The notes: generated from the letters alone by a model not told the origin. A stretch of DNA of 64,000 nt from Candidatus Latescibacterota bacterium (GCA_965203175.1 OZ241867.1:4576001-4640000), one strand, 5' to 3'; shown: positions 47,801 through 58,043, numbered from the stretch's first letter. Numbers and translations: made by a program.

Positions 47801-49312
47801 TTGCAGCAGCGGCTCTTTCCTCTGCTGGCTCCGGCCTTACTCTCGGGCCTGCTCTTCGTAGTTAGCATCCCCAAATTCGATCAGTATTACTTCGCTTGGA
47901 TTTGCCTGCTGCCGCTTTTTTTGGCACGGCACTGGCTGCCTGCCCAAAGCCACTTCACCCTCGGGCTAATCGCCGGTCTCGCCTGGTCCAGCGGACGCAC
48001 CTACTGGATCACCGAAACCCTACAATTATATGGTGCCCTCTCTTGGGCGAGCGCCGCAGCGACGAATGCGCTGCTCATCGCATACATGGCCCTGTATCTA
48101 GCCTGTTTTATTGCAGTGTGCCACCGTCTAAACTTTTCTTCTCCGCTCTTTGCTTGGTCGGCGGCCGGCGTCTGGATCCTTTTAGAGTGGGCGCAAAACT
48201 GGATGTTGAGCGGCTTTCCCTGGCAGCTACTGGGCTACTCGCAGTACCTCAACCTCCCCTTCCTACAATGGGCTGCCATAACCGGCGTCTATGGTCTGAG
48301 TTTCCTCATCGTCCTCTTCAACGCCGCGCTGGCCCAAGCCCTCTTGCACCGCGCCTTCATCCGCTATTTGAGTCTGCCGCTTTCGCTGCTGGTCGCCGTT
48401 CATCTATGGGGCTTCTACAGGCTGCAAGACGTGCCGAATCCGCCACCCACCCTGAAGGTCGGCGTGGTCCAAGGCAATATCCCCCAAGACCGCAAGTGGA
48501 AGGAGAACCGGTTGGCCTGGACGGCTCGGCACTACGCCGCACTTACCCGGGACTTGGCGGTTGCGGAAAAACCAGAGCTGATCATCTACCCCGAGACGGC
48601 TCTGCCGCTCTATTTTGGCGACCCCTTATACTCAGCTTATGTCGATTCGATAACCGCCTTAGCGCCAAAGTTAGATACACCCATGTTGGTCGGCAGCCTC
48701 AAGGGGGATTCGCAAAACCACACAGCTCCAGTCTATAACCGGGCTTTCCTGCTCAACGCTCAAGGGGAAGTAGTGGATTACGCCGATAAAGTGCACTTGG
48801 TGCCTTTTGGCGAGTTTCTGCCCTTCCCATCCATCTTTCAGTATTTGGGAGGACTTACGGCAGAAAGCGGCATCTTCGCCCACGGGGAAAGGCACAAAGT
48901 ACTGCGGTTGCCGCGCAGCGATACTTCGTTCGGGGTCTTTATCTGCTACGAGTCTATCTTTCCGGAAATTACCCGCGCGCTGATGGCCCAAGACCCGGAC
49001 TTTCTGATCAACACCACCAACGACGCTTGGTTTGGCACCACCGCGGCTCCACACCAACACTTTGCGCAAGCTGTCCTGCGGGCCGTAGAAAGTGGGCGCG
49101 CCGTAGTCCGCGCCGCCAATACCGGCATTTCCGGTTTAATCGAACCGAACGGACGCATAGCCCATCGCACGCCGCTTTTTACCACCGTAGGCTTTGCCAT
49201 AGACGTGCCTTTGCACCGTGGACAGACGATCTACACGCGCTGGGGGGACTGGCCGCTCCTGCTCTGCGCCCTCGCGCTAACGCTGGCTGCAGCCCGCAAA
49301 AATTGGAATTAG
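47801..49312 (+). CDS. lnt: Apolipoprotein N-acyltransferase
   Basis: GFPWQLLGYSQ, VQGNI, YPETA, KVHLVPFGE, ICYE, TNDAWFG. Confidence 0.96.
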   Translation: MQQRLFPLLAPALLSGLLFVVSIPKFDQYYFAWICLLPLFLARHWLPAQSHFTLGLIAGLAWSSGRTYWITETLQLYGALSWASAAATNALLIAYMALYLACFIAVCHRLNFSSPLFAWSAAGVWILLEWAQNWMLSGFPWQLLGYSQYLNLPFLQWAAITGVYGLSFLIVLFNAALAQALLHRAFIRYLSLPLSLLVAVHLWGFYRLQDVPNPPPTLKVGVVQGNIPQDRKWKENRLAWTARHYAALTRDLAVAEKPELIIYPETALPLYFGDPLYSAYVDSITALAPKLDTPMLVGSLKGDSQNHTAPVYNRAFLLNAQGEVVDYADKVHLVPFGEFLPFPSIFQYLGGLTAESGIFAHGERHKVLRLPRSDTSFGVFICYESIFPEITRALMAQDPDFLINTTNDAWFGTTAAPHQHFAQAVLRAVESGRAVVRAANTGISGLIEPNGRIAHRTPLFTTVGFAIDVPLHRGQTIYTRWGDWPLLLCALALTLAAARKNWN

Positions 49313-50106
49313 GAATCGCGCCTGAATACTACCGGGCAATGCGTCGGGTCATCAATAAAGGCCGTCAGGCCCTCCCGCTTGTCGTCCACTGGGCGGGAGC
49401 GCTCGGTGCGCATGTGAACGGCCAAGCTCCGCCGCGGGCCCGCAGAATAATTGGGACCACTCCCGTGTAGCGTCAGGCAGTGGTGAAAGCTCACGCCCCC
49501 TTTGGGCAGGACCGCTGCTACTTCAACCCACTCGTCGCTAGCCTGTACGGTCAGCTCTCGCTTCTGTTCGGCTAGGTCTTGGCCGTAGAAGTCGCTGCCC
49601 GGCAGCAATCCCCACTGATGCGAGCCGCGCACAAAGTGCATCGGCCCGTCCGCCGAGCCGACCTCGCTCAAGGCGATCCAAGCCGTAAATAGCTCGCTGC
49701 CCTCTTCCCAAGCCCCCCAATAGTTGCGGTCCTGATGCCATCCCACATGAGTTCCGCTAGACCCTGCGCCCGCGACCGGAGGCTTGTACAGCAATTGCAC
49801 CCACCAAACTTGGACCCACTCGGCCCCACAGACTTCAGCGGCCAAAGCCCCGAGGGCCGGATGTTTGATCAGATCCATAATGGCCCGATTGGCGATTTGG
49901 GGCTTCTCAATTTTGCACAGCCGCTGCGGATCGTCGCCCGGGCTCCAAGCCGAAGGCCGAGGCGGCACCCCGGTATCGTACTCGCCCCGCCGCACCGCAT
50001 CCATTCCCTCCACAGCGCGATCAACGGCGTCTAAGGGCCATACGGCTGCGTCGTGGATGTAAAATCCATCCCGCACATACGCCGCTTTGGGGCTTTCGCT
50101 TATCAT
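49309..50106 (-). CDS. PhyH family Fe/2OG dioxygenase
   Basis: WHQD, FVRGSHQWG, TLHGSGPN..R. Start set at MISESPK. Confidence 0.9.
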   Translation of the reverse strand: MISESPKAAYVRDGFYIHDAAVWPLDAVDRAVEGMDAVRRGEYDTGVPPRPSAWSPGDDPQRLCKIEKPQIANRAIMDLIKHPALGALAAEVCGAEWVQVWWVQLLYKPPVAGAGSSGTHVGWHQDRNYWGAWEEGSELFTAWIALSEVGSADGPMHFVRGSHQWGLLPGSDFYGQDLAEQKRELTVQASDEWVEVAAVLPKGGVSFHHCLTLHGSGPNYSAGPRRSLAVHMRTERSRPVDDKREGLTAFIDDPTHCPVVFRRDS

Positions 50107-50114
50107 CGTCCCTC

Positions 50115-51221
50115 CTAAGCCGGACAATCGGGAATATCGACCCACCGCCGCTCGGCTGCGGCCTGGAGGATGGAGTCGGCCACAGCCTGCGCCCGCATCC
50201 CGTGATAAAACGAGGGCACGCAATCGCGTCCCTCGCGGATGGCGCTGACGAATTCCCAAGCTTGGTCGTAGCGGAAGGTCTGCACGGGATCGCCGACGGA
50301 CGGATCGCGCGGCGCATTGGGCCGCTTGAGGAACTCGGCGGGCACGGACTGACTCTGATAGGGCTCGCCGCGAGGCGCGAAGAGCACTTCGTGTGGCGCG
50401 TGCAGGCGATAGACGACCGAAGCATCCTCCCCGTTGAACTCGGCTAAGTCGTGGTCTCCCTTCGGGCCGTAGCCCTTGCTCAACTTGCCCATCTCGAAGA
50501 CGCCTGTAGTGCCACTTGCAAACTCGGCGATCCACGCGATCCAATCTTCGACGTCCTGCGGTGGGCACGGCTGGCCTTCGCGGGTCTGATCTCTTGGCAC
50601 CAACTGCTTGGCCGCGCTGCACACAGCCTCTATCGGCCCCAGCAGATCTTCGGCAAAATCAATGCGGTGAATGCCCATATCGCCCAGTTCGCCCGACCCG
50701 GCGTATCGCTTGTATTGCCGCCAGCCAATAGCACGCTCTCCCCAGTCTTGCAGACGCTGGAATCGAGCGTGGCGAATCGCCCCTAAGGCCCCGGTCTGCA
50801 CCAAGTGGCGGATGTAGTTCATGGCTGGTACAAAACGATAGGTAAACGCCGTCATGTGACGACACCCCGATGCCTTGCCTCGGGCGTATATTTCCTGGGT
50901 TTGGGCAAAGTCCATACCTAGGGGCTTCTCACACAGCACATGGCAGCCAGCGTCTAAGGCTTGGATGATCAACTCGTAGTGATAGACGTTGGGCACGGCG
51001 ATGCAGACCGCATCCGGGGCCACCGCATCTAAGAGCGCGTCCAGCCGGTCAAAAGTGTCGGCAATACCCCACTCCGCTTGCCGCTTTTGCCGCAGCGCCT
51101 CGTCTGGCTCGCAGATCCCAGCGATATCGACCCCGGAAACTAGCCGCAGTCCAGGATAGTGTACTCCCGCACAGACGCCGCCTGTGCCCACCAGCCCTAC
51201 GCGCAGTGTAACTTGGTTCAT
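50115..51221 (-). CDS. Gfo/Idh/MocA family oxidoreductase
   Basis: VGLVGTG, LCEKPL, GELGDMGIHRID. Confidence 0.9.
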   Translation of the reverse strand: MNQVTLRVGLVGTGGVCAGVHYPGLRLVSGVDIAGICEPDEALRQKRQAEWGIADTFDRLDALLDAVAPDAVCIAVPNVYHYELIIQALDAGCHVLCEKPLGMDFAQTQEIYARGKASGCRHMTAFTYRFVPAMNYIRHLVQTGALGAIRHARFQRLQDWGERAIGWRQYKRYAGSGELGDMGIHRIDFAEDLLGPIEAVCSAAKQLVPRDQTREGQPCPPQDVEDWIAWIAEFASGTTGVFEMGKLSKGYGPKGDHDLAEFNGEDASVVYRLHAPHEVLFAPRGEPYQSQSVPAEFLKRPNAPRDPSVGDPVQTFRYDQAWEFVSAIREGRDCVPSFYHGMRAQAVADSILQAAAERRWVDIPDCPA

Positions 51222-52147
51222 ACGACCTCTTTCATCTGCATTTGCATTTGCCTCTCTGTCTCGGCCAGCTTATCGACGAGCGCGTGTAACCTCGGCAGAT
51301 CCTCAGCGGCCACATCCTCGGCAAAAGGTATAACCGGCCCTCCAGCCAGCCCAAACCGCTCCATAGCCGCGTGCAGCGCCGAGCCACTATAGCGCGCCGC
51401 CCGCTCACCGCGCAAATCCTCAAACGGCACCATCTGCTGCCGAATCTCCTCCGCCCCAGCGCGATCCCCCGCCGCAAAGCGCTCTAGAAGCGTCAGGCTC
51501 ATGCCGGGAACAAAGTTGGCCATCCCCGAGCTAAATCCAACCGCGCCAGCAGCCATATAGTCGATGCAGGGATCCTCGGCCATGCCACAGACCATGGCCG
51601 CGTCCTCCCCAGCGCCAGCGACGATCCTCCGGAACGCCTCCAAGTCGTCAACGGCGTATTTAAGCCCCACTACTTCGTCTAGCTGACATAGCGCCACTAC
51701 TTGCTCGACTGGCATAATATCCAGACGGCGTTGATACAGTATTGTAGGCAACTGGGTCTTCTCGGCAATGTCGCGCAAGCCGACGGCAACGCCCCTAGCT
51801 GAGGCCGGCCCGACGATGGGCATAATCATCACCCCGGCGACGCCCAAAGAGCGGGCAATCCGCCCCATTTCCAGCGCCCGACCATACCCCGGCCCGATCC
51901 CCGGCACCACCAACGCCTCTCCGACGGCCGCCTCCACAAAAGCCCCAACGACGGCCTCGTATTCGTCTAAGGTCATATCGTACACCAGCCCTGTACCGCA
52001 CGCTGGCATAATAAAATCGACGCCCCGCTCACAGAGGAAGCGCACATTGCGGCCAATTCCCGCCAAGTCAATGCCCCGCTCTGCATCGCGGGGCGTGATC
52101 GCCACAACCAGCACGTTGTGGCACTGTTCTTGTTGCAACATCTGCAT
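51218..52147 (-). CDS. DHDPS family protein (5-dehydro-4-deoxyglucarate dehydratase-like)
   Basis: ACGTG, ILYQR, GLKYA, GFSSGMANFVP. Confidence 0.85.
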   Translation of the reverse strand: MQMLQQEQCHNVLVVAITPRDAERGIDLAGIGRNVRFLCERGVDFIMPACGTGLVYDMTLDEYEAVVGAFVEAAVGEALVVPGIGPGYGRALEMGRIARSLGVAGVMIMPIVGPASARGVAVGLRDIAEKTQLPTILYQRRLDIMPVEQVVALCQLDEVVGLKYAVDDLEAFRRIVAGAGEDAAMVCGMAEDPCIDYMAAGAVGFSSGMANFVPGMSLTLLERFAAGDRAGAEEIRQQMVPFEDLRGERAARYSGSALHAAMERFGLAGGPVIPFAEDVAAEDLPRLHALVDKLAETERQMQMQMKEVV

Positions 52148-52162
52148 AGTATTCTCCTTTTG

Positions 52163-52534
52163 CTAGGCCCAGACGGTCTCGGTGGAGGTCGTGGCGTGTT
52201 TATTGTAGTGCTCTATGTAATCCTCGCGCGGCGGACTGAAGATGTCGAGGATTTTGGCCGGGCCTTCTTCGACGATCCCCCAGTGGACCACGTTCGGCGG
52301 AATCAAGAATGCGTCTCCCGGGCCGGTGACGCGCTCCTCTGACCCAATGCGAAAGCGAAAGCGCCCGGCGAGCACCAAGCCGGCCTGTTCGTGCGGGTGG
52401 CTGTGCTCGGGCACTTCGCAGCCTTCTTCCATGTCCAGAAACGACAGCATCAGCCGCTCGCCAGCAACCAAGCCGCTGTTGATTTGGGGAAAAAGCTCCA
52501 CAGCCGCAAGTTCTGCGGGATTGATAAAGGGCAT
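52163..52534 (-). CDS. Cupin domain protein (KdgF-like)
   Basis: HSHPHEQ…PPNVVH…DIFSPPREDY. Confidence 0.88.
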   Translation of the reverse strand: MPFINPAELAAVELFPQINSGLVAGERLMLSFLDMEEGCEVPEHSHPHEQAGLVLAGRFRFRIGSEERVTGPGDAFLIPPNVVHWGIVEEGPAKILDIFSPPREDYIEHYNKHATTSTETVWA

Positions 52535-52545
52535 AGTCTCCTCTC

Positions 52546-53877
52546 CTATTCGACAAAGCTCCGCAACCAAGCATCGCCGCGATAGCGCGGCCACAGCGTA
52601 ACAAAACGGCCGACCATCAGGCCGCTATAGGCCATCCAAGCACCGGCCAATTCCCAATCCAACCAGTATATAAAAACCAACGCCGAAGGCAAAAACACCC
52701 CAAAGGTGGCCAGCGCCATCGCCTTGAATAGGTACCCCATATCGCTAGCGCCGATGAAAATTCCGTCAAAGACGAAGACCACGGCGTTCAGCGGTTGGAG
52801 CAGCGCGATGAGTACGTAAAGCGCGCCGACCTGTTGTACAACTTCCCGATGCGGAGTAAACAGCGCGGCAATAGGCTCCAAGGCCGCAAAGTAAGCCAAG
52901 CCAAATCCCGCTCCCAGACCCAACCCCCAGCAGATGATCCGCCAAGCGAACTGCCGAGCCTCGACAAAAAGGTGTGCTCCTAGGCAGCGGCCGACCAGCG
53001 TCTCAGCCGCGTGGGCAAAGCCGTCAACGGCGAAGCTAGTCAGCCCCCAGACCTGCAAAATCACGGCATTGGCAGCCAGCGGTGCTTCGCCCATCCGCGA
53101 AACCATGCCGAGCGTGAAAAAACCGGCAAATTGCAAACAGAGGGTGCGGCCAAAGAGGAAGGCGTTGGTCTGCATCAAGCGCTTCATCGCGCGCAAATCC
53201 CACAGCCTTGTAGGCCACTCCCGCAGATAGGAGCGATAGCGGGAGAACAACCAAAAAACCCCGGTGATCAGCGCCGCCACATTGCCCAGCACAGACGCCC
53301 AAGCCGCCCCTTCGACGCCTAGTTTAGGAGCGCCCAGCTTGCCGTAGATAAGCACATAGTCGGCGCCGATGTTGACCAAGTTGGCAACGGTCATGACCCA
53401 GAGAGGTGCTATGACATTGGCGGTCCCGAGGAAAAAGCCGTTGAGCGTCATAATACTCAGGGCCAAAGGCGCTTCCCAGACCCGGATGGCGAAGTAGCGT
53501 ATGCCCCAGTGCTGGACTTGGGGAGACCCACCAGCCAACTCAAACCCAATCCGGCTGATCCAGCCGCTAGCCGCCACGATCCCCATGCCGAGGCAGACGG
53601 CCACAATAAGCGAGCGGTAGAGTACCCCTGCGCTCTGACGTCGATCCCCTGCCCCGCTGTACTGGGCCACCAGTGCCGTGGTTCCCATCCGCAGAAAGGC
53701 CAAGCACCAGAATATGCCATTGAAGATCAAACTCGCCGTGGAGACCGCGCCCATAAAGGCCACTTCCGGCAAATGGCCGATCATCGCAGTGTCGGCGATA
53801 CCGATCAGCGGCGTAGATAGGGCAGTAAGGATACTGGGAACGGCGAGGCTGAGAATCCGGCGGTCGAGTGAGTTCAA
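52546..53877 (-). CDS. MATE family efflux transporter (DinF-like)
   Basis: LAVPSIL..PLIGIADTAMIGHL, FLRMGTT, DGFAHAAE, DGIFIG. Confidence 0.92.
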   Translation of the reverse strand: MNSLDRRILSLAVPSILTALSTPLIGIADTAMIGHLPEVAFMGAVSTASLIFNGIFWCLAFLRMGTTALVAQYSGAGDRRQSAGVLYRSLIVAVCLGMGIVAASGWISRIGFELAGGSPQVQHWGIRYFAIRVWEAPLALSIMTLNGFFLGTANVIAPLWVMTVANLVNIGADYVLIYGKLGAPKLGVEGAAWASVLGNVAALITGVFWLFSRYRSYLREWPTRLWDLRAMKRLMQTNAFLFGRTLCLQFAGFFTLGMVSRMGEAPLAANAVILQVWGLTSFAVDGFAHAAETLVGRCLGAHLFVEARQFAWRIICWGLGLGAGFGLAYFAALEPIAALFTPHREVVQQVGALYVLIALLQPLNAVVFVFDGIFIGASDMGYLFKAMALATFGVFLPSALVFIYWLDWELAGAWMAYSGLMVGRFVTLWPRYRGDAWLRSFVE

Positions 53878-54179
53878 TCCTCCGCCTCAGGTCGCCAACC
53901 AAACCGTTTCAGGTCGATGCGTTGCGCTGTAAAAACGACGCCCTCGCTGGCCAAAAGCTCGTATTGCACCAGATGACTACTGCCGCTGCGCGGCGAGACC
54001 TTGCCTTGGGCGTTGATGATGCGGTGCCAAGGCAGATCCGACTCCCCGGGCATTCCCGCCAAGGCGAATCCGACCTGCCGCGCGCGTCCCGGGTAACCGG
54101 CCAAGGTGGCGATCTGCCCGTAGGTGGCTACCTTGCCGTAGGGCACGCAGGCGATGGTCTCGTAGAACGCCCGGCGCAT
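53874..54179 (-). CDS. Alkyltransferase-like (ATL/YbaZ) protein
   Basis: PYGKVATYGQIA…ARQVG…PWHRIINAQG, with Trp in place of the MGMT Cys. Confidence 0.9.
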   Translation of the reverse strand: MRRAFYETIACVPYGKVATYGQIATLAGYPGRARQVGFALAGMPGESDLPWHRIINAQGKVSPRSGSSHLVQYELLASEGVVFTAQRIDLKRFGWRPEAED

Positions 54180-54186
54180 GGAGCTT

Positions 54187-54411
54187 TCAGCAGTTGGGGG
54201 CCGCGGCCTCATCGCGCCCTTCCAAAAAGTCTAGGGCCTTGGTATAGCTGCGCTTCTCCAAATAGTGGCGCAACATCGGCGGGGCTTCCTTGCCCAACTC
54301 TTGGCCAAGTTCGTCTAGTCGCCGCAGATGCGTGGCAATTGACTCGCCCTCACCGTTGTCGATAGCCGCCATCAACGCTTGTAGTTCGGTGTGCAATTGA
54401 TCTAGTGCCAT
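54187..54411 (-). CDS. Small helical hypothetical protein
   Basis: 74-aa ORF packed in the operon, LRHYLEKRSYTKAL. Confidence 0.7.
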   Translation of the reverse strand: MALDQLHTELQALMAAIDNGEGESIATHLRRLDELGQELGKEAPPMLRHYLEKRSYTKALDFLEGRDEAAAPNC

Positions 54412-54414
54412 AGC

Positions 54415-55137
54415 TTAGGCCGCCATGATGAGGTAGGAAAGCCACTCGGCGTGCGGGTTGCGAATCGCGTAGCGCGTACCCGGTGGCAGGTGGATCATAT
54501 CTCCTTCCCGAATCTCCTGCGCGTCGCCATCGGCTTCCAAGACACCGCAGTTTTCCAGCACGTAATAGACCTGCTCCAGCTCTTCGCAGCATCGCTCGAC
54601 CGTCTGTCCGCGCGGCTGTACAGCCTCCCGATCAATACAGCGAAACCCCTGCGTAAAGCCCACGTCCTCCTCGCCGACCGGACCTAGCTGGTGCCAGCGC
54701 ACTGCACCCGCGCCGTCGCCCATCGCCGGCACATCGCGCCAGTTGCGGATGGCAAAGTCGCCGCTGTTGGCCGCGATCCTTTGGCTGATCACGTGGTGTT
54801 CAAGCCAGTCATCGCTGGTGTCGTTAAACATCTGGTGGTGGATGCCCGATGGCAGGTACACCGCATCGCCCTCCTGCACGGGGAAGCGCTCTTTGTCAAA
54901 GAGCACGTGGCCACTGCCTGAGAGTATGTAGTACACCTGTTCGAGGTTTTCGTGCTTGTGATAATCCGAATTCTTGCGGCCTTGAAGCGCATGGCGGGCA
55001 AAGCCCTGTAGGCGCTTTAGACAATTGCGTGGATCGGGATCGTCGTCGCCATCGCGGTCGCGCAACCCGCCCCAATGCACGGCGCTCAGGTGGGCTATGT
55101 TGGGTTGGACGTCGCGCCAATTGATGATGTACACCAT
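54415..55137 (-). CDS. Bicupin protein (second domain lacks metal His residues)
   Basis: Two EQVYY…EGD repeats; the first has HKH…E…HH. Confidence 0.82.
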   Translation of the reverse strand: MVYIINWRDVQPNIAHLSAVHWGGLRDRDGDDDPDPRNCLKRLQGFARHALQGRKNSDYHKHENLEQVYYILSGSGHVLFDKERFPVQEGDAVYLPSGIHHQMFNDTSDDWLEHHVISQRIAANSGDFAIRNWRDVPAMGDGAGAVRWHQLGPVGEEDVGFTQGFRCIDREAVQPRGQTVERCCEELEQVYYVLENCGVLEADGDAQEIREGDMIHLPPGTRYAIRNPHAEWLSYLIMAA

Positions 55138-55157
55138 CTCTTATTCCTCCTGCATGT

Positions 55158-55949
55158 CTATAAAGCGACGATCTGGCGCATTCGCGCACCGAGATCAATG
55201 AGTTCCTCGCGGCTGCCGCCCACTTCGTGGATCAGCGTGGAATCGTATCCCACCGCCTTCAACTCGGCCATGACCGCCGGCCAGTCCGTATCCCCTTCGA
55301 GCAGGTTGACGAAGCTGTGTTCACTACGGCGGAAATCTTTGAAATGAACCTTCTTGATACGCGGCCCCAACTCGCGGATCCAGTGCTCCGGGTAACCGTA
55401 GGCCATCATGTTGGCCGTGTCGAGGTAGATACCCACCCACTCGCTGCCGATTTCATCGACAAAAAGCCGGGCTTCGCGCGGACTGAGCAGAAACTTGTTC
55501 CAGACGTTTTCCAAGCCAATGGCCGCGCCCATTTCCTCGGCCAGGGAAGCCGTGTCGCTCAGCGCGTCCCGCAACCCATCCCAAGCCTGCTGATAGGTAC
55601 CCTCGACCTCTAGCTGCCCCGGGTGCAACAGCACTCCATCGACTGACAGCGCACCGGCGATCTCGAGCGAGCGCCGCAAGCACTTGAGGCACCGCTCGCG
55701 TTCATCGGCATCGCGGCTGAGCAGATTGCCGCGCTCTTGATACCAAACGATGACGCTGCCGATTTCAACACCGGCATCTTCGCACTGTTGTCCAACCTGC
55801 GCGATCTCGTCGGCGCTCATGCTCGGATCCAGGTCCTTGCCCTCGGCAAAGACCAACTCCACGGCTTGGTAGCCAGCGTCCTCGCACAACCGCAGCGTGT
55901 CCTCCAGCGCCATGTTTCCCAAAACGATCTGCGTGATTCCTATTTTCAT
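55158..55949 (-). CDS. Sugar phosphate isomerase/epimerase (hexulose-6-P isomerase-like)
   Basis: LENVWNKFLLSP, YLDTAN, VHFKDF. Confidence 0.9.
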   Translation of the reverse strand: MKIGITQIVLGNMALEDTLRLCEDAGYQAVELVFAEGKDLDPSMSADEIAQVGQQCEDAGVEIGSVIVWYQERGNLLSRDADERERCLKCLRRSLEIAGALSVDGVLLHPGQLEVEGTYQQAWDGLRDALSDTASLAEEMGAAIGLENVWNKFLLSPREARLFVDEIGSEWVGIYLDTANMMAYGYPEHWIRELGPRIKKVHFKDFRRSEHSFVNLLEGDTDWPAVMAELKAVGYDSTLIHEVGGSREELIDLGARMRQIVAL

Positions 55950-56046
55950 CGCACACCTCTATTGAATATATCTAACGCGCTCAGTATGTTATGAGCCATC
56001 GCATTCGGCCCGCAATTCGCATAACCCCTTCAACGAGGAGAACAAA

Positions 56047-56976
56047 ATGGCAAAGAAAAAATCTACCAAACGCAAAAAGGGCAAAAAGGACTTTCGGATC
56101 GGCTTTGTCGGCGTCGGGCGCATGGGAGCCAACATGGCCCTCAACCTCAACGACAAGGGCTTCAATATCTCGGCTGTATTCGACGCCAACGGCCGCGCAG
56201 CCCGCAGCCTAGCCAAAGGACTTGATTGCGCTGCTCCCAAAACTCTGGCCGAGGTTACGGCCCTCTCCGACGTGGTCATCACCGTGGTCACCGACGACGC
56301 GGCCATGCGCTCGATTTTTTCCACTTCTGGCGATTCGCTGCTGACCGACGCCAAAGGCACGACCTTTATCAACTGCGCCACCATCTCCCCGGCTGTCCAC
56401 GTCCAAGTCGAAGAGCGCGCCACTGCAGTCGGTGCTTCTTCCCTCGAAGGCTGCATGGCCTCTAGCATCACCCAAGCCCGCCAAGGCACGCTGTACCTGA
56501 TGTGTGGCGGCAAGCGCAGCGTCTTCAACCGCGTCCAGCCCATCCTCGACGCCCTGAGCGTCGATCTGCGCTATATCGGCTCGGCTGGCCAAGCAGCTCA
56601 AGTCAAGGCCCTCGTCAACATGGTCATGAACATCAATACCGCCGGCTTAGCTGAAGGGTTGGGCCTAGGCCAAGCCCTCGGACTGGACCTGAAGATGCTA
56701 ATGAAGGTATTTTCCCAGACCGGTGCCAATTCGCGAGTCTTGGAGACCGACGGCGAGGACATGACCATCCGCGACCACGAGTGCTATTTTTCCTCGGACC
56801 ACGCAGCCAAGGACTCCGGCATTGCCCTCGCACTGGCCCGCCAGAATAAGCTCAGTCTGCCGCTGGCGCAGGCAACCAAGCGCCAGTACGACAAAATGAA
56901 AAAACTGGGCCTCGGCGACCTCGACAAATCGGGCATTGCCGAGCTGACCTTTCCCGGCCGCAAAGGCTCCAAGTAG
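56047..56976 (+). CDS. NAD(P)-dependent beta-hydroxyacid dehydrogenase (HIBADH/GarR family)
   Basis: IGFVGVGRMGANMA, QVKALVNM, HAAKD. Confidence 0.9.
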   Translation: MAKKKSTKRKKGKKDFRIGFVGVGRMGANMALNLNDKGFNISAVFDANGRAARSLAKGLDCAAPKTLAEVTALSDVVITVVTDDAAMRSIFSTSGDSLLTDAKGTTFINCATISPAVHVQVEERATAVGASSLEGCMASSITQARQGTLYLMCGGKRSVFNRVQPILDALSVDLRYIGSAGQAAQVKALVNMVMNINTAGLAEGLGLGQALGLDLKMLMKVFSQTGANSRVLETDGEDMTIRDHECYFSSDHAAKDSGIALALARQNKLSLPLAQATKRQYDKMKKLGLGDLDKSGIAELTFPGRKGSK

Positions 56977-56988
56977 AAACCATTTTCC

Positions 56989-57018
56989 GAGGGGCAGGTC
57001 GCCGCAGACCTGCCCTTC
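56989..57018. terminator. Hairpin between convergent genes
   Basis: GAGGGGCAGGTC-6 nt-GACCTGCCCTTC. Confidence 0.65.
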
Positions 57019-57024
57019 TCCTCG

Positions 57025-58032
57025 CTAGATCCGCCCGTGCCGGATGTCCACCATTCGCTGGGTCAGTTCAAACCGCAGCCCTTCTCCACTAAAAAATCGC
57101 ACGAACTCATCAACCATTATCGAGAAATAGCGGCCAAACGTCTCGGGCGCATACCAAGCTACATGGGGACTGACAAAAGCGTTGGGCAAGTGGCGCAAGC
57201 GGCTGTCTTTGGGCAGCGGCTCTGGGTCGAAGACATCGAGGCCGGCGATTAGCTCGCCCCGTATGAGCCGCTGCGTCAGTTCCTCGTAATCCACGACCGG
57301 CCCGCGACAGCAATTGATCAGGATGCGGCCGCGTCCCAGCAAATCGAGCTCCCGCGCTCCGATCATTTTTTCGGTTTTAGGCGTATGTGGAACTTGGACG
57401 ACGAGGATGTCGGCGTGTTGCAACACCTCGTCGAGCGAGCCGCGCACAATGCCCAACTCGGCGGCCACTTCCTCGGGCAAATACGGGTCCGCGACGCGTA
57501 GATCTACCCGAAAGGGACCTAGTAATTCGACCAACCGCTGCCCCACGTGCCCGCAGCCGACCAACCCGACCTTCTTGCCAGTCAATTCGCCGTGGACAAA
57601 ATCGTCGTTGCCCGCCCGCGCCCATTGCTCCTCACCCGCCATCATCTGCCGATAGACCCCGGCCCTATTGCGCAAACACAACAGCATCAGGGCCAAATCC
57701 CACTCGGCCACCGGCGCAGCCGAAGCGATATTGTCGGTATCCACGGCCAGCACTCCGTGCTCCCGAGCAGCCGCCAAGTCGATGCCCGTACCAAAGCGAT
57801 CCCCACTGACACCGGTGATCCGCAAGTCGGGAGCCCCTGCAAACACAGCCCGCGTCAACTCGGGCAGCCGACCTCCGAGGCGGATCACGCCTTCACAGCC
57901 AGCCAACGCCTCGATAAAAGCCTGTTCAGACAGGCGCTCCGTCGGCTCGACGACCTCGACCACTTGCCCTAGACGCGCCAAGTCCTCCGGCTGCGCATAA
58001 CCATGTGGATCCACCAACACCTTAGCTTTCAC
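57025..58032 (-). CDS. D-isomer-specific 2-hydroxyacid dehydrogenase
   Basis: VGLVGCGHVG, INCCRG, LDVFDPEP, SPHVA. Confidence 0.9.
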   Translation of the reverse strand: MKAKVLVDPHGYAQPEDLARLGQVVEVVEPTERLSEQAFIEALAGCEGVIRLGGRLPELTRAVFAGAPDLRITGVSGDRFGTGIDLAAAREHGVLAVDTDNIASAAPVAEWDLALMLLCLRNRAGVYRQMMAGEEQWARAGNDDFVHGELTGKKVGLVGCGHVGQRLVELLGPFRVDLRVADPYLPEEVAAELGIVRGSLDEVLQHADILVVQVPHTPKTEKMIGARELDLLGRGRILINCCRGPVVDYEELTQRLIRGELIAGLDVFDPEPLPKDSRLRHLPNAFVSPHVAWYAPETFGRYFSIMVDEFVRFFSGEGLRFELTQRMVDIRHGRI

Positions 58033-58043
58033 ATTCTAGCTCC

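Noticed and set aside
49309-50622. Long N-terminal extensions in the ORF track (also 59069-60811, 12910-14313, 20342-21775, 11705-13099)
   Set aside because: The extensions overlap neighbouring real genes and look non-coding; downstream starts match the family N-termini.
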